A DNA stretch of 64,000 nt, taken from contig CAZDZJ010000135.1 in NCBI GenBank assembly GCA_964509895.1, positions 1,674 to 65,673 on the forward strand. The letters run 5' to 3'. Origin of the DNA: an uncultured Gemmatimonadota bacterium. Lineage in GTDB: Bacteria > Gemmatimonadota > Gemmatimonadetes > Palauibacterales > Palauibacteraceae. Made by a program: the position numbers and the translations under genes. Within the stretch, counting starts at the first letter, position 1; each line of letters begins with the position of its first letter. The notes below the pieces were generated by a model. That model was not told the origin of the DNA. It ran no database searches and was given only the letters and a program-made list of their open reading frames with translations. Of the stretch, positions 1 to 9,591 are shown piece by piece.

Positions 1-2035
1 CTTCGACGGCGGCCTCTCCTGGTCCAGCCTCCTGAACCAGGCGACCGCACAGATGTACCATGTGACCGCCGACAACCAGACGCCGTACCGGCTCTACGCT
101 TCCCAGCAGGACAACACGTCGATCTCCGTCCCCAGCCGATCGGACTTCGGCCGGATCTCGATCGAGGACTGGTACACGGTTGGCGGGGGCGAGGACGGTT
201 ACATAGCGGTGAACACCGAGGACCCGAACATCGTCTACGCGGGTGATCACCACTGGGTGTACCGCTACGACCACCGCAACCGGCAGGTGAGGGACATCTC
301 TCCGAACCCGGAGACGCACTACGGCTGGGGTTCGGCGGACATCAACTACCGCTTCTGGTGGACGTATCCGGTAATGACCTCGCCCCACGATCCGGACATC
401 CTCTACGTCACCTCGCAGCACGTGCATCGGACGACCGACGAAGGCCACAGCTGGGAGGTCATCAGCCCGGACCTCACGCGCGCGGACCCCCGCACGCTGG
501 AGCCGACGCCTTCGTACGAGAACGAGGACACGGGCGAGTACTGGGGCCCGATCACGCGCGAGGCGTACGGCCCCGAGTGGTACGCGACGATCTTCGCGTT
601 CGCCGAGTCACCGATCGAGCCCGGACTCCTGTGGGCGGGATCGGACGACGGGTACATCCATGTGTCGCGCGACGGCGGAGCGAACTGGGAGGACGTGACG
701 ATCCCGGATCTGCCCGAGTTCGCGCTGATATCCATCCTCGAGCCCTCGCACCACGATCCCGCGACGGCGTACGTCGCCGCGACGCGCTACAAGCTCTCCG
801 ACCACACCCCCTACCTGTACCGGACGACGGACTACGGGGAGACCTGGACCCGGATCGCGACGGGGATCCCCGGCAACGACTTCACGCGCGTGATCCGGGA
901 GGACCCGGGGCGGGAGGGGCTTCTGTACGCCGGCACCGAACGGACGGTCCATGTGTCGTTCGACGCCGGTGACTCCTGGCAGCCGCTGAGCCTCAACCTC
1001 CCGGTGGTCCCCATCCACGACCTCGTGCTCCGGGACGGGGACCTCGCGGCGGCCACGCACGGACGTTCGTTCTGGGTGCTGGACAACGTGGAGTTGCTCC
1101 ATCAGGTCGGGGCCCGGGAGGCGGCCACCGAGCCCACGCTCTTCCGTCCCCCGACCACGACGCGCTTCAACCCGGGCGCCTCGCCCGCCGCACTGTTCTC
1201 GGCCATGGGTCGGCCGGGCGCGGGCGATCCGGCCGGTGCGAACCCACCCGACGGCGTCGTCATCCCGTACCACCTGCCGGAAGCCGTGCCCGGCGGGGTC
1301 ACGCTGCGCGTCCGCGAGGGCGGGGCCCTGATCCGGGAGTTTTCGAGTGCGTCGGACGGAGCGGCGCCGGTCGGCATGGACTTCTTCGGCGGCGGCGGGA
1401 GCGCCTCCAGGCTTTCCGCCGATGCCGGCGCCCACACCTTCGTGTGGAATCTGCGCGTGGAGCCGGCGGCGGTCCTCGACGACGCCGTCTTCCAGGGAAG
1501 TGCCCAGGGCCCGCGCGTGCCTCCCGGCGACTACACCGTCGAACTCGATCTGGGCGACCGCACGCTCACGCAGCCCTTTGTCGTCGTTCGCGATCCGAGA
1601 GTGGAGGTGTCGGACGAGGAACTGAGGGCGCAGTTCGAGTTCCTGCTCGAGGCGAGAGACCGCCTGACGGAAACCATGGAACTCGTGGCGAGAATCCGCG
1701 ATCTGCGGGAGCGGGCGGAGCAGGCGGTGGAGCGGGGCGGCGACAACGACCGGTTGCGTGCCGCGCTCGCGGAGTTGAACGGCGAACTCTATCCCGTCGA
1801 AGAGCGGCTCGTGCAGTACCGGGCGCGCGCCGGACAGGACCTGATCGCGAACCCCACGGCCATCGACAGCAAGCTGGCGCGGCTCATGGGATTCGCTTCA
1901 ATGGGGGATGGCCCCCCCACGCAGGGACAGCTGGACCTGTTGGCGCGCCTCGCCGCCGGCATCGAGGCGCGCACGGCGGCGGTGGACGAGATCGAGCGCA
2001 CGACGTGGACGAACCTCGTGCGGCTCGTGCCGTAG
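1..2035 (+). CDS. VPS10/BNR-repeat beta-propeller glycosyl-hydrolase-like protein (5' partial, runs in from window edge)
   Basis: Multiple BNR/Asp-box motifs (RTTDEGHSW, SRDGGANW, RTTDYGETW, SFDAGDSW), ATHGRSFWVLD, C-terminal coiled-coil; frame is open upstream of ATG 53. Confidence 0.8.
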   Translation, partial: FDGGLSWSSLLNQATAQMYHVTADNQTPYRLYASQQDNTSISVPSRSDFGRISIEDWYTVGGGEDGYIAVNTEDPNIVYAGDHHWVYRYDHRNRQVRDISPNPETHYGWGSADINYRFWWTYPVMTSPHDPDILYVTSQHVHRTTDEGHSWEVISPDLTRADPRTLEPTPSYENEDTGEYWGPITREAYGPEWYATIFAFAESPIEPGLLWAGSDDGYIHVSRDGGANWEDVTIPDLPEFALISILEPSHHDPATAYVAATRYKLSDHTPYLYRTTDYGETWTRIATGIPGNDFTRVIREDPGREGLLYAGTERTVHVSFDAGDSWQPLSLNLPVVPIHDLVLRDGDLAAATHGRSFWVLDNVELLHQVGAREAATEPTLFRPPTTTRFNPGASPAALFSAMGRPGAGDPAGANPPDGVVIPYHLPEAVPGGVTLRVREGGALIREFSSASDGAAPVGMDFFGGGGSASRLSADAGAHTFVWNLRVEPAAVLDDAVFQGSAQGPRVPPGDYTVELDLGDRTLTQPFVVVRDPRVEVSDEELRAQFEFLLEARDRLTETMELVARIRDLRERAEQAVERGGDNDRLRAALAELNGELYPVEERLVQYRARAGQDLIANPTAIDSKLARLMGFASMGDGPPTQGQLDLLARLAAGIEARTAAVDEIERTTWTNLVRLVP

Positions 2036-2066
2036 CGGGCTCGCGGGCCGAGATCCGCTGCCTACG

Positions 2067-2852
2067 CTAGCGGTTTCGCAGCGTGATGTTGATCGCGCCC
2101 ACGAAGCCATCGCCTCCGTAGCGCGCCGACGCCTCGGTCCGCGTCAGAATCTCGATGCGGCTCACTTCATCGATCGACATGTCGCGGATGGCTCCGATCG
2201 CGTCGGGTTCCCGCCGCTCGTTGACCCTCAGCTGGATCGACTGCATCGCGCCGGCGCGGGAGCTCGACGACGCGGACATGAGGAGGATGACCTCGCCCAC
2301 GCCGCTCATTCGATCGAACCTCAGGAGCTGGTGGCGGCGAAGCAGTTCGTACACGCTCATCTCGGGCAGATTGAGGAGATCCTCGGCGCGGATGATCTCG
2401 GAACTGAACGCCCGGCCGGATCCGCCGGGCCCCCCGCCGCTGAGGGAACCGACCTCCTCGCGCACCTCGGGCTCCCCGGTGAGCGAGATGAACAGGTCCT
2501 GCTGGGCGAGTGGCGCCGCCGTCGAGTAGGGCACGGCATCTCCGCGCCGGTCCCCGAGCAGAGCCCGCAGCGAGACCTCCATCTCCTTCGGGAGCCCGCA
2601 CAGGATGTAGAGACCCTCCATGCTGGTCTGCACTTCCACGCGTTGCCGCGCGTTGTCCGCCACCCAGCTTGCGGCGACCGTCGCGCCGGGGACGATCGTC
2701 TGCGCCTCGGGGTCGGTCACATACCCCACGACCGCGGCTTCCGACTCCGCGTCGCCGGTGGGACAGAAGTCAATGTAGGATTGGGCCGTAGCGGAGTCCG
2801 CGACGACCAGGAACAACACAGGCGCCAGAAGGCGCACGAGCGAATGCCGCAT
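2067..2852 (-). CDS. Secreted carboxypeptidase-regulatory-like domain + TonB-dependent receptor plug-like domain protein (no barrel)
   Basis: GGAGG SD before ATG 2852; signal peptide MRHSLVRLLAPVLFLVVADSATAQ; VVGYVTD..PGATV and EGLYILCGLP; C-terminal IEILTRTEASARYGGDGFVGAINI plug motif. Confidence 0.65.
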   Translation of the reverse strand: MRHSLVRLLAPVLFLVVADSATAQSYIDFCPTGDAESEAAVVGYVTDPEAQTIVPGATVAASWVADNARQRVEVQTSMEGLYILCGLPKEMEVSLRALLGDRRGDAVPYSTAAPLAQQDLFISLTGEPEVREEVGSLSGGGPGGSGRAFSSEIIRAEDLLNLPEMSVYELLRRHQLLRFDRMSGVGEVILLMSASSSSRAGAMQSIQLRVNERREPDAIGAIRDMSIDEVSRIEILTRTEASARYGGDGFVGAINITLRNR

Positions 2853-3096
2853 CTCGACTTCTCTCCTCCGCGATGGTTCGCTGGGCAGTGAGCAAGGATT
2901 CGGGCGCGATCCCCGCACGCTGTCGCGGTGCGAGCGATCCACCGACCCTTTAGGATACTCCCGGTCCGGTTTGCGTCTAGTCCGGGCCGGGTCGTGGGGA
3001 TTGCGACCCCGGATCCACGGATCGCACGACTGCAATAACGAATCTGTTACCCCACAACATGCTCTGAGTGCCGCCGAGCGCGCTACGGAGGAGCCA

Positions 3097-4464
3097 CTGA
3101 GCACAATCGCGAGACGAGATTTCGTGCGCAGGGCCGGACGCTGGGCGGGAGCGGCGGCGCTTGCTCCCTCGCTCTCCGGTCTCGCGGCGTGCGCCGGCCG
3201 CAGGACCCCCTCCGGTTCGGTGGCGGCGAGCGCCGGATACGGGCCCCTGCGCGCCGCGGGCCCGGAGCTCGCCCTCCCCGAGGGGTTCTCCTACGCCGTT
3301 CTCGGCGTGGAGGGGCACCCCATGTCGGACGGTCGGCCGACGCCGCGTGCTCATGACGGCATGGGACTGTTTCCCGTGAGTGACGACATCGTCCGCCTGG
3401 TGCGAAATCATGAGGATCAGGATCCCCCGGGCGTCGCGGTTCCACTTGTCGCCCCGGAGCTGGCGTACGACCCGCTGGCGGGCGGGGGCACGACCACGCT
3501 GGAGCTTCGGCTGGAGGCGGACGGGCGCCCCACCCTTCTGCGCGATTTCGTGAGCCTGGGGGGCACGACGATCAACTGTGCGGGCGGCCCGACCCCGTGG
3601 GGCAGCTGGATCACCTGCGAGGAGACGACCTTCGGTCCGGGCCGCGGCTGGTCCGTCCCCCACGGGTACGTGTTCGAGGTCCCGGCCGACGCCGACGGGG
3701 CGGTGCGGGCCGAACCGATCCGCGCCATGGGCCGGTTCGTGCATGAGGCCGTCGCGGTCGATCCCGAGACGGGATTCGTCTACGAGACGGAAGACTACAA
3801 CCGGCGCTCCGGCTTCTACCGTTTTCGGCCCCGCGTCCCGGGTTCCCTGAGGGACGGCGGCGCCCTGGAGATGCTCACCGTGCGGGACGAGCCCCAGGCG
3901 GATCTCCGAACCGGCCAGCGTCCGGGCGAGTGGCGCGGCGTCGAGTGGGTGCCCATCGAGAACCCTGATCCTCCGGAGGCGGAGCGGCGCGCGACGACGG
4001 TCTGGCTGGAGGGATACGAAGCGGGCGGGGCGCGCTTCTCGCGCCTCGAGGGCTGCTGGCACGCGGACCGGAGCATCTACTTCCACGCCACGAACGGCGG
4101 CGATGCCCAGCTCGGCCAGGTCTGGCGGTACAGCCCCGGGGAAGAGGCGCTCGCGCTCGTCTTCGAGTCACCCTCGGAGGATGTCCTCGCCGGTCCGGAC
4201 AACCTCACCGTGAGTCCCAGGGGCGGCATTCTCATCTGCGAGGACAACTCGGGCGTGACGCACCTCCGGGGCCTGTCGCCCGCGGGAGACATCTTCCCCT
4301 TCGCGCGGAACATCCTGAACTCGCGTGAATTCGCCGGTGCGTGCTTCAGTCCCGACGGTCGAACGCTCTTCATCAACCTCCAGGGGGACACGATCTCGAT
4401 GGGCCCGGGGAACCTCGGCCAAACCTTCGCGATCTGGGGGCCGTGGGAACGCGGCCCGCTCTGA
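3097..4464 (+). CDS. phoX: Tat-exported alkaline phosphatase PhoX family (DUF839)
   Basis: Tat motif ARRDFVRR; HDGM, RNHE, NCAGGPTPWGSWITCEE, GRFVHEA, PDNL and EFAG motifs; probable CTG start behind GGAGGA. Confidence 0.85.
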   Translation: MSTIARRDFVRRAGRWAGAAALAPSLSGLAACAGRRTPSGSVAASAGYGPLRAAGPELALPEGFSYAVLGVEGHPMSDGRPTPRAHDGMGLFPVSDDIVRLVRNHEDQDPPGVAVPLVAPELAYDPLAGGGTTTLELRLEADGRPTLLRDFVSLGGTTINCAGGPTPWGSWITCEETTFGPGRGWSVPHGYVFEVPADADGAVRAEPIRAMGRFVHEAVAVDPETGFVYETEDYNRRSGFYRFRPRVPGSLRDGGALEMLTVRDEPQADLRTGQRPGEWRGVEWVPIENPDPPEAERRATTVWLEGYEAGGARFSRLEGCWHADRSIYFHATNGGDAQLGQVWRYSPGEEALALVFESPSEDVLAGPDNLTVSPRGGILICEDNSGVTHLRGLSPAGDIFPFARNILNSREFAGACFSPDGRTLFINLQGDTISMGPGNLGQTFAIWGPWERGPL

Positions 4465-5099
4465 TCGGGCGGCGGGCCGGGCTCGGAGCGGCACTCTCGG
4501 TTGCGCTCCTCGGACAGGCCTGCGTGTGGTCCGTGCCGCTGGCGACCACGCCCTCCGCCGATCCTTCGGTCTACGTCGTCGGGTGGACGCAGACCGGCGT
4601 CGCCTCCTGGTACGGCGAGCCGTTTCACGGGCGGCCCACCGCGGCCGGTTGCATCTACGACATGGAGGCGATGACCTCCGCCCACCAGACGATTCCCTTC
4701 GGGACCCGCATCCGCGTGGACAACCTCGAGAACGGGCGGTCCATCGACCTCCGCGTGAACGATCGCGGCCCGTTCGGCCGGGGGCGGATCCTCGATGTGT
4801 CGCGGGCCGCCGCACGGGACCTCGGCATGATGGGTCCCGGCACGGCGCGTGTGCGGATCACCGTCATCGAGGTGGCCAACCTGGTGTCCGCGCGCGGGGG
4901 GTGCGTCGTCGTCCAGGTCGGTGCGTACGGCGAGCGCGCGAGCGCCGAAGAGAAGCTGCGGGAAGTCGCGCGGGCGGGTTTCGAGGGCTCGATCGAGCCG
5001 TACGACGACGTGTACCGCGTCGTCGCCGGACCGTTCACGGATGCGCCGACGGCGCGGCTGGCCCGGGAGGTGCTGGGAGGATTCCATCGCCGCTGCTGA
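4443..5099 (+). CDS. rlpA: Septal ring lytic transglycosylase RlpA family lipoprotein with SPOR domain
   Basis: GVASWYGEPFHGRPTA, AHQTIPFGT, VNDRGPFGRGRILDVSRAAA; C-terminal VQVGAY SPOR repeat; lipobox-like GQAC; GTG 4443 chosen as start. Confidence 0.85.
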   Translation: MGTRPALIGRRAGLGAALSVALLGQACVWSVPLATTPSADPSVYVVGWTQTGVASWYGEPFHGRPTAAGCIYDMEAMTSAHQTIPFGTRIRVDNLENGRSIDLRVNDRGPFGRGRILDVSRAAARDLGMMGPGTARVRITVIEVANLVSARGGCVVVQVGAYGERASAEEKLREVARAGFEGSIEPYDDVYRVVAGPFTDAPTARLAREVLGGFHRRC

Positions 5100-5154
5100 G
5101 CGATACCCGGGTGCGCGCCCCGTCCGAAAGGTGACCCGACCCGCCGTTCGGTCG

Positions 5155-5163
5155 TGCTAGTAT
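5155..5163 (+). promoter_or_regulatory. Extended -10 promoter element (TG-C-TAGTAT)
   Basis: TGnTAnnnT match in an otherwise GC-rich intergenic region, about 5 nt before the structured 5168-5331 segment. Confidence 0.4.
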
Positions 5164-5167
5164 CGTT

Positions 5168-5331
5168 GCAGAAACGGTGCGCCATCCGGAAGAAACGCGC
5201 GCACGCAACCGCATAGCGGACGTCTGGCGGCGCGGGTAGCTTTCGATACCCCGCGACTGCCCGCCGCCCGCGAGGCGGCACGCCCACCCGGGGTCCAGGA
5301 ACCCGGGCCGGACGATGGCAGTAGTCTCCTG
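5168..5331 (+). ncRNA. Putative 6S RNA-like long irregular hairpin RNA
   Basis: Closing stem tgc-gccatc-cgg (5178-5189) pairs with ccg-gac-gatggc-a-gta (5308-5323); A-rich unpaired 5' strand; apical stem cgcgggta/taccccgcg; 3' side hairpin cccggg..cccggg; ~165 nt; preceded by a -10 box. Confidence 0.45.
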
Positions 5332-5342
5332 GTGGAGGATGC

Positions 5343-8300
5343 ATGCTACGGAGAACTCGCGCGCTCGGCGCGCTCGCCGCTCTCGCGGTCTTCTCGGGTC
5401 CCGCCGCAGAGATGCTGGAGGGGCAGGCAGGCCGTCGTTTCGGGCGGAACAAGGTCGTCTATGAGTCCTTCGAGTTCGAAGTGCTCAAGACGCAGAACTT
5501 CGACATCTACTACTACGAGGGCAGTGCCGCCGGGGCGCAGATGATCGGGCGTCAGGCGGAGCGCTGGTACGCCCGCCTCTCGCGGGTGCTCAATCACGAA
5601 TTCCGCCAGCCGCAGCCGATCATCCTCTACGCGGACCACCCGGACTTCGAGCAGACGAACACCTCCGGCCAGTTCATCGACGAAGGCACGCAGGGCTTCA
5701 CCGAGATTCTCAAGCGTCGCCTGGTGATGCCGATGATGGTTTCGATCCACGAGACCGATCACCTGCTCGGCCACGAACTCGTGCACGCCTTCCAGTTCGA
5801 CATGACGGGGCAGGGGACCGGTGGCCCCGGGCTGGACGTGCCCGGCGCGATCCGGCTCCCGCTGTGGTTCATCGAAGGGATGGCGGAATACCTCTCCATC
5901 GGCCCCATTGACCCCTTCACCACGATGTGGATGCGGGATGGACTGGACCTGGAAGACGGGTTCCCGACCATCCCGGACCTCGCAAACCCGCGGTTCTTCC
6001 CGTACCGGTACGGACACGCCTTCTGGTCCTATGTCGGGGGCGCGTTCGGAGACGACCGGATCGGCCGGATCCTGAACCTCGCGGCGCGCACGGGGAACGC
6101 GCTGGGCGCGATCGAAGCCGTTCTGGAAGTGCCGATCGGCGAACTCTCGGACCGCTGGAAGAGCGAACTCGAGACCTACTTCGTGGACGCACGGCAGGAG
6201 ACCAACTCCCCGGATGACTACGGCCGCCGGGTCATCTACGACCCGGAAGGCGAGGGGAAACTCAATCTCGGTCCGGCGATCAGTCCGGATGGCGACGAGA
6301 TGGTGTACGTGTCGCAGAGCGACCTCTTTTCGCTCGAGATGTTCCTTGCCGACGCGCGCACGGGCGCGGTCAAGCGCCGTCTCACGAACAATGCGGTCGA
6401 CCCGCACTTCGAGAGCCTCCAGTTCATCCATTCGGCGGGGGACTGGCACCCGAACGGGCGTCTGCTCGCGGTGGCGGGGATCAAGACCGGCAATCCGCTG
6501 CTCACGATCATGGAGGCGCAGACCGGGAACATCGTGCAGGAGATCCGGATCGACGGCTTCCAGATCGGCGCGATTTTCACGCCGAGCTGGTCGCCGGACG
6601 GCACGCACATCGCGTTCAGCGGACACTCCGCCGGATTCACCGACCTGTATATGGTCGCCGTCGAAACGGAACAGTTGACGCGGCTGACGGCGGACCCGTT
6701 CGCCGATCTCCAGCCCGCATGGTCGCCCGACGGACGGTCGCTCGCGTTCACCACGGATCGGTACACGACGGATCTGGAGTTGCTCGTCCCCGGGCCGTAT
6801 CAGGTCGCGGTCATGGACCTGGAGAGCCGTGAGGTCGAGGCGATGCCCGGCTTCGACGACCAGTTCAGGAACTACAATCCGCAGTGGTCGCCGGACGGAC
6901 GGAACCTGTACTTCGTGTCGGATCACGACGGCATCGCGAACCTCTACCGCCTCGATCTCGAGACGCGCGCGCCCTACCTGGTCACGGACCTGTGGACGGG
7001 GGTGAGCGGGCTCACGGGGATCAGTCCCGCCGTGTCCGTGGCGCGGGGCACGGGCGACGTCGCGTTCAGCGTAAACAAGGGCGGACCGTTCAGCTACGAG
7101 ATCTATGTGGCCGACGATCCGCAGGTCCTGGCCGGAGTGCCGGCGCCCGAGATGCTCGTGGGCGTCGATGCCTCGATCATCCCGCCGCGCGAACGGATTT
7201 CGACCGCGCACGCCGAACTGCTCGACAACGCCCGGCTCGGCCTGGCCGACCCGATCACGTTCGAGGATGCCGAGTACCGTTCCCAACTGTCGCTGGATTT
7301 CATCTCACAGCCCACGCTGGCTTTTGGAGCGAGCGACTTCGGGACCTTCTTCGCCGGCGGCGCGAGCCTCTTCTTCTCGGACCTGCTCGGGAACCGGACG
7401 TTGCAGACCATCGCGCAGGTCAACACGAGCTTCGGCAACATCGTGCAGGGGACGGCGCTGCTCGCCGGCTACGAGAACCGGTCGAGCCGCTGGAACTGGG
7501 CCCTGATCGGAGGGCAGATACCGCTGGTCTCGCGCCAGGTCGGGTACCAGCGAATCCAGCAGGGAGACCGGGTATTCGATGTCTTCCGGGACTTCCGCTG
7601 GTTCGAGATCAACCGGGAGGCGACGGGGATCGTCGCCTACCCCTTCAACCGCAACTCGCGGATCGAGTTCTCGGCGTCCGCGCGGCAGATCGATTTCTCG
7701 GGGGAGATCGAGGAACTCGGCTTCGATGGGTTCACGGGCCAGTTGCTGGCGGTCGAGGAGACAGACCTCCCGGACTGCGAAGGCGAGACGCTGTCTTTGG
7801 GGGGGGCGCCCTGCGCGCCGGAATCGCTCTACATGGCGAGCGGCAGCGTGGCCCTCGTGTACGACAGCTCAATCTTCGGCGGCACGAGTCCGATCGCGGG
7901 AATGCGATACCGCGTGGAAGTGGAGCCGGCCGTGGGTACGCTGGACTACGTCACGGTCAGCGGTGACGTCCGGCGATATGTCCGCGCCGGGCCGTTCACG
8001 CTGGCGGGACGGGCCCTGCACTTCGGCCGCTGGGGCGGGGGCTCGGACGACTGGCGGCTGGGGAGACTCTATCTCGGCGTGCCGTCGCTGGTCCGGGGAT
8101 ACGGCGACAGAATCGGCGTCGCCGAGTGCACGGGGGCGGGTGGACAGGCCGGCGTCTTCAGTTGTCCCCTCATCGAACAGCTCATCGGGAGCCGCGTGGC
8201 GGTGGGGAACCTGGAGTTGCGTCTTCCGCTCCTGGGCGGGATCGGCGTCGTCCGGGCCCCCGGCGTGCCGCCGGTCGAGGTGGGCATCTTCTACGATACC

Positions 8301-8504
8301 GGGAAAGCCTGGCACGGCGAGACGCCCCTGAACTGTCCGAGCGGGACCTGCGGATTCGAGGACCGCGACTGGGTATCCAGTGCCGGCCTGCTTACCCGGA
8401 TCAACCTCTTCGGCCTCATGATCGCGGAAATCGACTTCGTGAAACCCTTCGACCGACCCAGCAAGGGCTGGACCTGGCAGTTCGCCCTCACGCCGGGGTT
8501 CTGA
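5343..8504 (+). CDS. Omp85/BamA-family outer membrane protein with N-terminal zinc-metallopeptidase-like domain and PD40 (TolB-like) propeller
   Basis: FGRNKV start, HELVH + EGMAE zincin motif, repeated P.WSPDG PD40 motifs, VRGY barrel-loop motif, C-terminal Phe. Confidence 0.8.
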   Translation: MLRRTRALGALAALAVFSGPAAEMLEGQAGRRFGRNKVVYESFEFEVLKTQNFDIYYYEGSAAGAQMIGRQAERWYARLSRVLNHEFRQPQPIILYADHPDFEQTNTSGQFIDEGTQGFTEILKRRLVMPMMVSIHETDHLLGHELVHAFQFDMTGQGTGGPGLDVPGAIRLPLWFIEGMAEYLSIGPIDPFTTMWMRDGLDLEDGFPTIPDLANPRFFPYRYGHAFWSYVGGAFGDDRIGRILNLAARTGNALGAIEAVLEVPIGELSDRWKSELETYFVDARQETNSPDDYGRRVIYDPEGEGKLNLGPAISPDGDEMVYVSQSDLFSLEMFLADARTGAVKRRLTNNAVDPHFESLQFIHSAGDWHPNGRLLAVAGIKTGNPLLTIMEAQTGNIVQEIRIDGFQIGAIFTPSWSPDGTHIAFSGHSAGFTDLYMVAVETEQLTRLTADPFADLQPAWSPDGRSLAFTTDRYTTDLELLVPGPYQVAVMDLESREVEAMPGFDDQFRNYNPQWSPDGRNLYFVSDHDGIANLYRLDLETRAPYLVTDLWTGVSGLTGISPAVSVARGTGDVAFSVNKGGPFSYEIYVADDPQVLAGVPAPEMLVGVDASIIPPRERISTAHAELLDNARLGLADPITFEDAEYRSQLSLDFISQPTLAFGASDFGTFFAGGASLFFSDLLGNRTLQTIAQVNTSFGNIVQGTALLAGYENRSSRWNWALIGGQIPLVSRQVGYQRIQQGDRVFDVFRDFRWFEINREATGIVAYPFNRNSRIEFSASARQIDFSGEIEELGFDGFTGQLLAVEETDLPDCEGETLSLGGAPCAPESLYMASGSVALVYDSSIFGGTSPIAGMRYRVEVEPAVGTLDYVTVSGDVRRYVRAGPFTLAGRALHFGRWGGGSDDWRLGRLYLGVPSLVRGYGDRIGVAECTGAGGQAGVFSCPLIEQLIGSRVAVGNLELRLPLLGGIGVVRAPGVPPVEVGIFYDTGKAWHGETPLNCPSGTCGFEDRDWVSSAGLLTRINLFGLMIAEIDFVKPFDRPSKGWTWQFALTPGF

Positions 8505-8538
8505 CGGGGGCGCCGACGACGCCGGCGGCGCATGGGCC

Positions 8539-8892
8539 ATGGGCCTGATCAGGCGTTGGCTGGTCAACGCGGTGGCTCTCTACGCCACTGCGCGACTCCT
8601 GGCCGGCGTCCGGGTCGAGAGCCCGGAGGCGCTGATCGGCGGGGCGCTCGCGATCGGGCTCATCAACGCCGTGGTCCGGCCGATACTGCGCTTCGTGACC
8701 TTCCCGATCACGGTCCTGACGCTGGGCCTGTTCTACTTCGTCCTCAACGGCCTGATGTTCCAGCTGGCCGCGTCACTGATCCCCGGGTTCGAACTCGACG
8801 GTCTGGTGACGGCGATCGGCGGCGCGCTCGTGATGTCGGTGGTCGCGACGGCCCTGCACGTCTTCCTCAAGCCGCGCAGGAAGAAGAAGTAG
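8539..8892 (+). CDS. Phage-holin-family (YvlD-like) 4-TM membrane protein
   Basis: GLINAVVRPIL..TFPITVLTLGLFYFVLNG signature; basic C-terminus. Confidence 0.85.
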   Translation: MGLIRRWLVNAVALYATARLLAGVRVESPEALIGGALAIGLINAVVRPILRFVTFPITVLTLGLFYFVLNGLMFQLAASLIPGFELDGLVTAIGGALVMSVVATALHVFLKPRRKKK

Positions 8893-8952
8893 TCCCGATG
8901 TCGTCGGGGAGGGCGCCAACCTGAGCCGGCGCCCCCCTCGCGGCAGGCCGCG

Positions 8953-9549
8953 CTAGCGGTAGTAGGGGTTGCTGCCGGCGGCGTGGTCGGTCACGTCCTG
9001 GACGTCGACGATCTCGGGCGCCGCGTCGCGGATCATCTGCTTGATCCCCTGCGTGAGCGTCACGGAAGCCATGCCGCAGCCCTGGCAGCCGCCGCCCATC
9101 GTGACGTAAACGACGTTGTCGCGGATGTCGACGAGGCGCACGGTGCCGCCGTGCGACGCCACCCCCGGGTTGATCTGCTCGTCGATCACGCGGCGAACGC
9201 GGTCGACGAGAGGGCCGTCCAGGGGCCGGGCGCCGAGCGGCTGGATGTTGGGGTTATTGAAGTGAAAGCCCGAGCCCTGGAGGGACTCCACCCAGTCGAT
9301 GCGGGTGCCCTCCAGGATGTCCACGCTCTTCGGATCCACGACGACCTCGAAGCCGGGGGCGTCGAACGACCGGTCCTCCGCTTCCCGCTCGAAGGGTTCG
9401 ATGAGCGCCATCTCGTACTCCGGCGCGATCGGGCTCGCGTTCTGGACGCTCACCCGTACCGCGAGACCTTCGGCCGGGTCCTCGTCGATGAACGATCGGA
9501 TCCGCTCGCAGGCGGCGTCGGTGAATTTCAGGAAATCCTGGTCGGACAC
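8953..9549 (-). CDS. nfuA: Fe-S cluster biogenesis protein NfuA-like (degenerate HesB domain + NifU domain)
   Basis: GFHFNNPN then INPGVASHGG and GGCQGC, DVTDHAAGSNPYY. Confidence 0.85.
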   Translation of the reverse strand: MSDQDFLKFTDAACERIRSFIDEDPAEGLAVRVSVQNASPIAPEYEMALIEPFEREAEDRSFDAPGFEVVVDPKSVDILEGTRIDWVESLQGSGFHFNNPNIQPLGARPLDGPLVDRVRRVIDEQINPGVASHGGTVRLVDIRDNVVYVTMGGGCQGCGMASVTLTQGIKQMIRDAAPEIVDVQDVTDHAAGSNPYYR

Positions 9550-9591
9550 GGCTTCTTCTCCCAGTGAATCGGGCGTGCTGTCACGCCTCCT

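Noticed and set aside
4461-4464. Third CTG start (CTGA overlap) for rlpA
   Set aside because: An in-frame GTG at 4443 with a G-rich upstream sequence is a simpler start.
5157-5175. ctagtatcgttgcagaaac as another type B terminus
   Set aside because: Only a loose match with no partner inverted repeat or core; better explained as a -10 box and transcript start.
8539-8892. Holin-family gene as evidence of a prophage
   Set aside because: YvlD-like proteins are common chromosomal genes, and there are no phage genes nearby.
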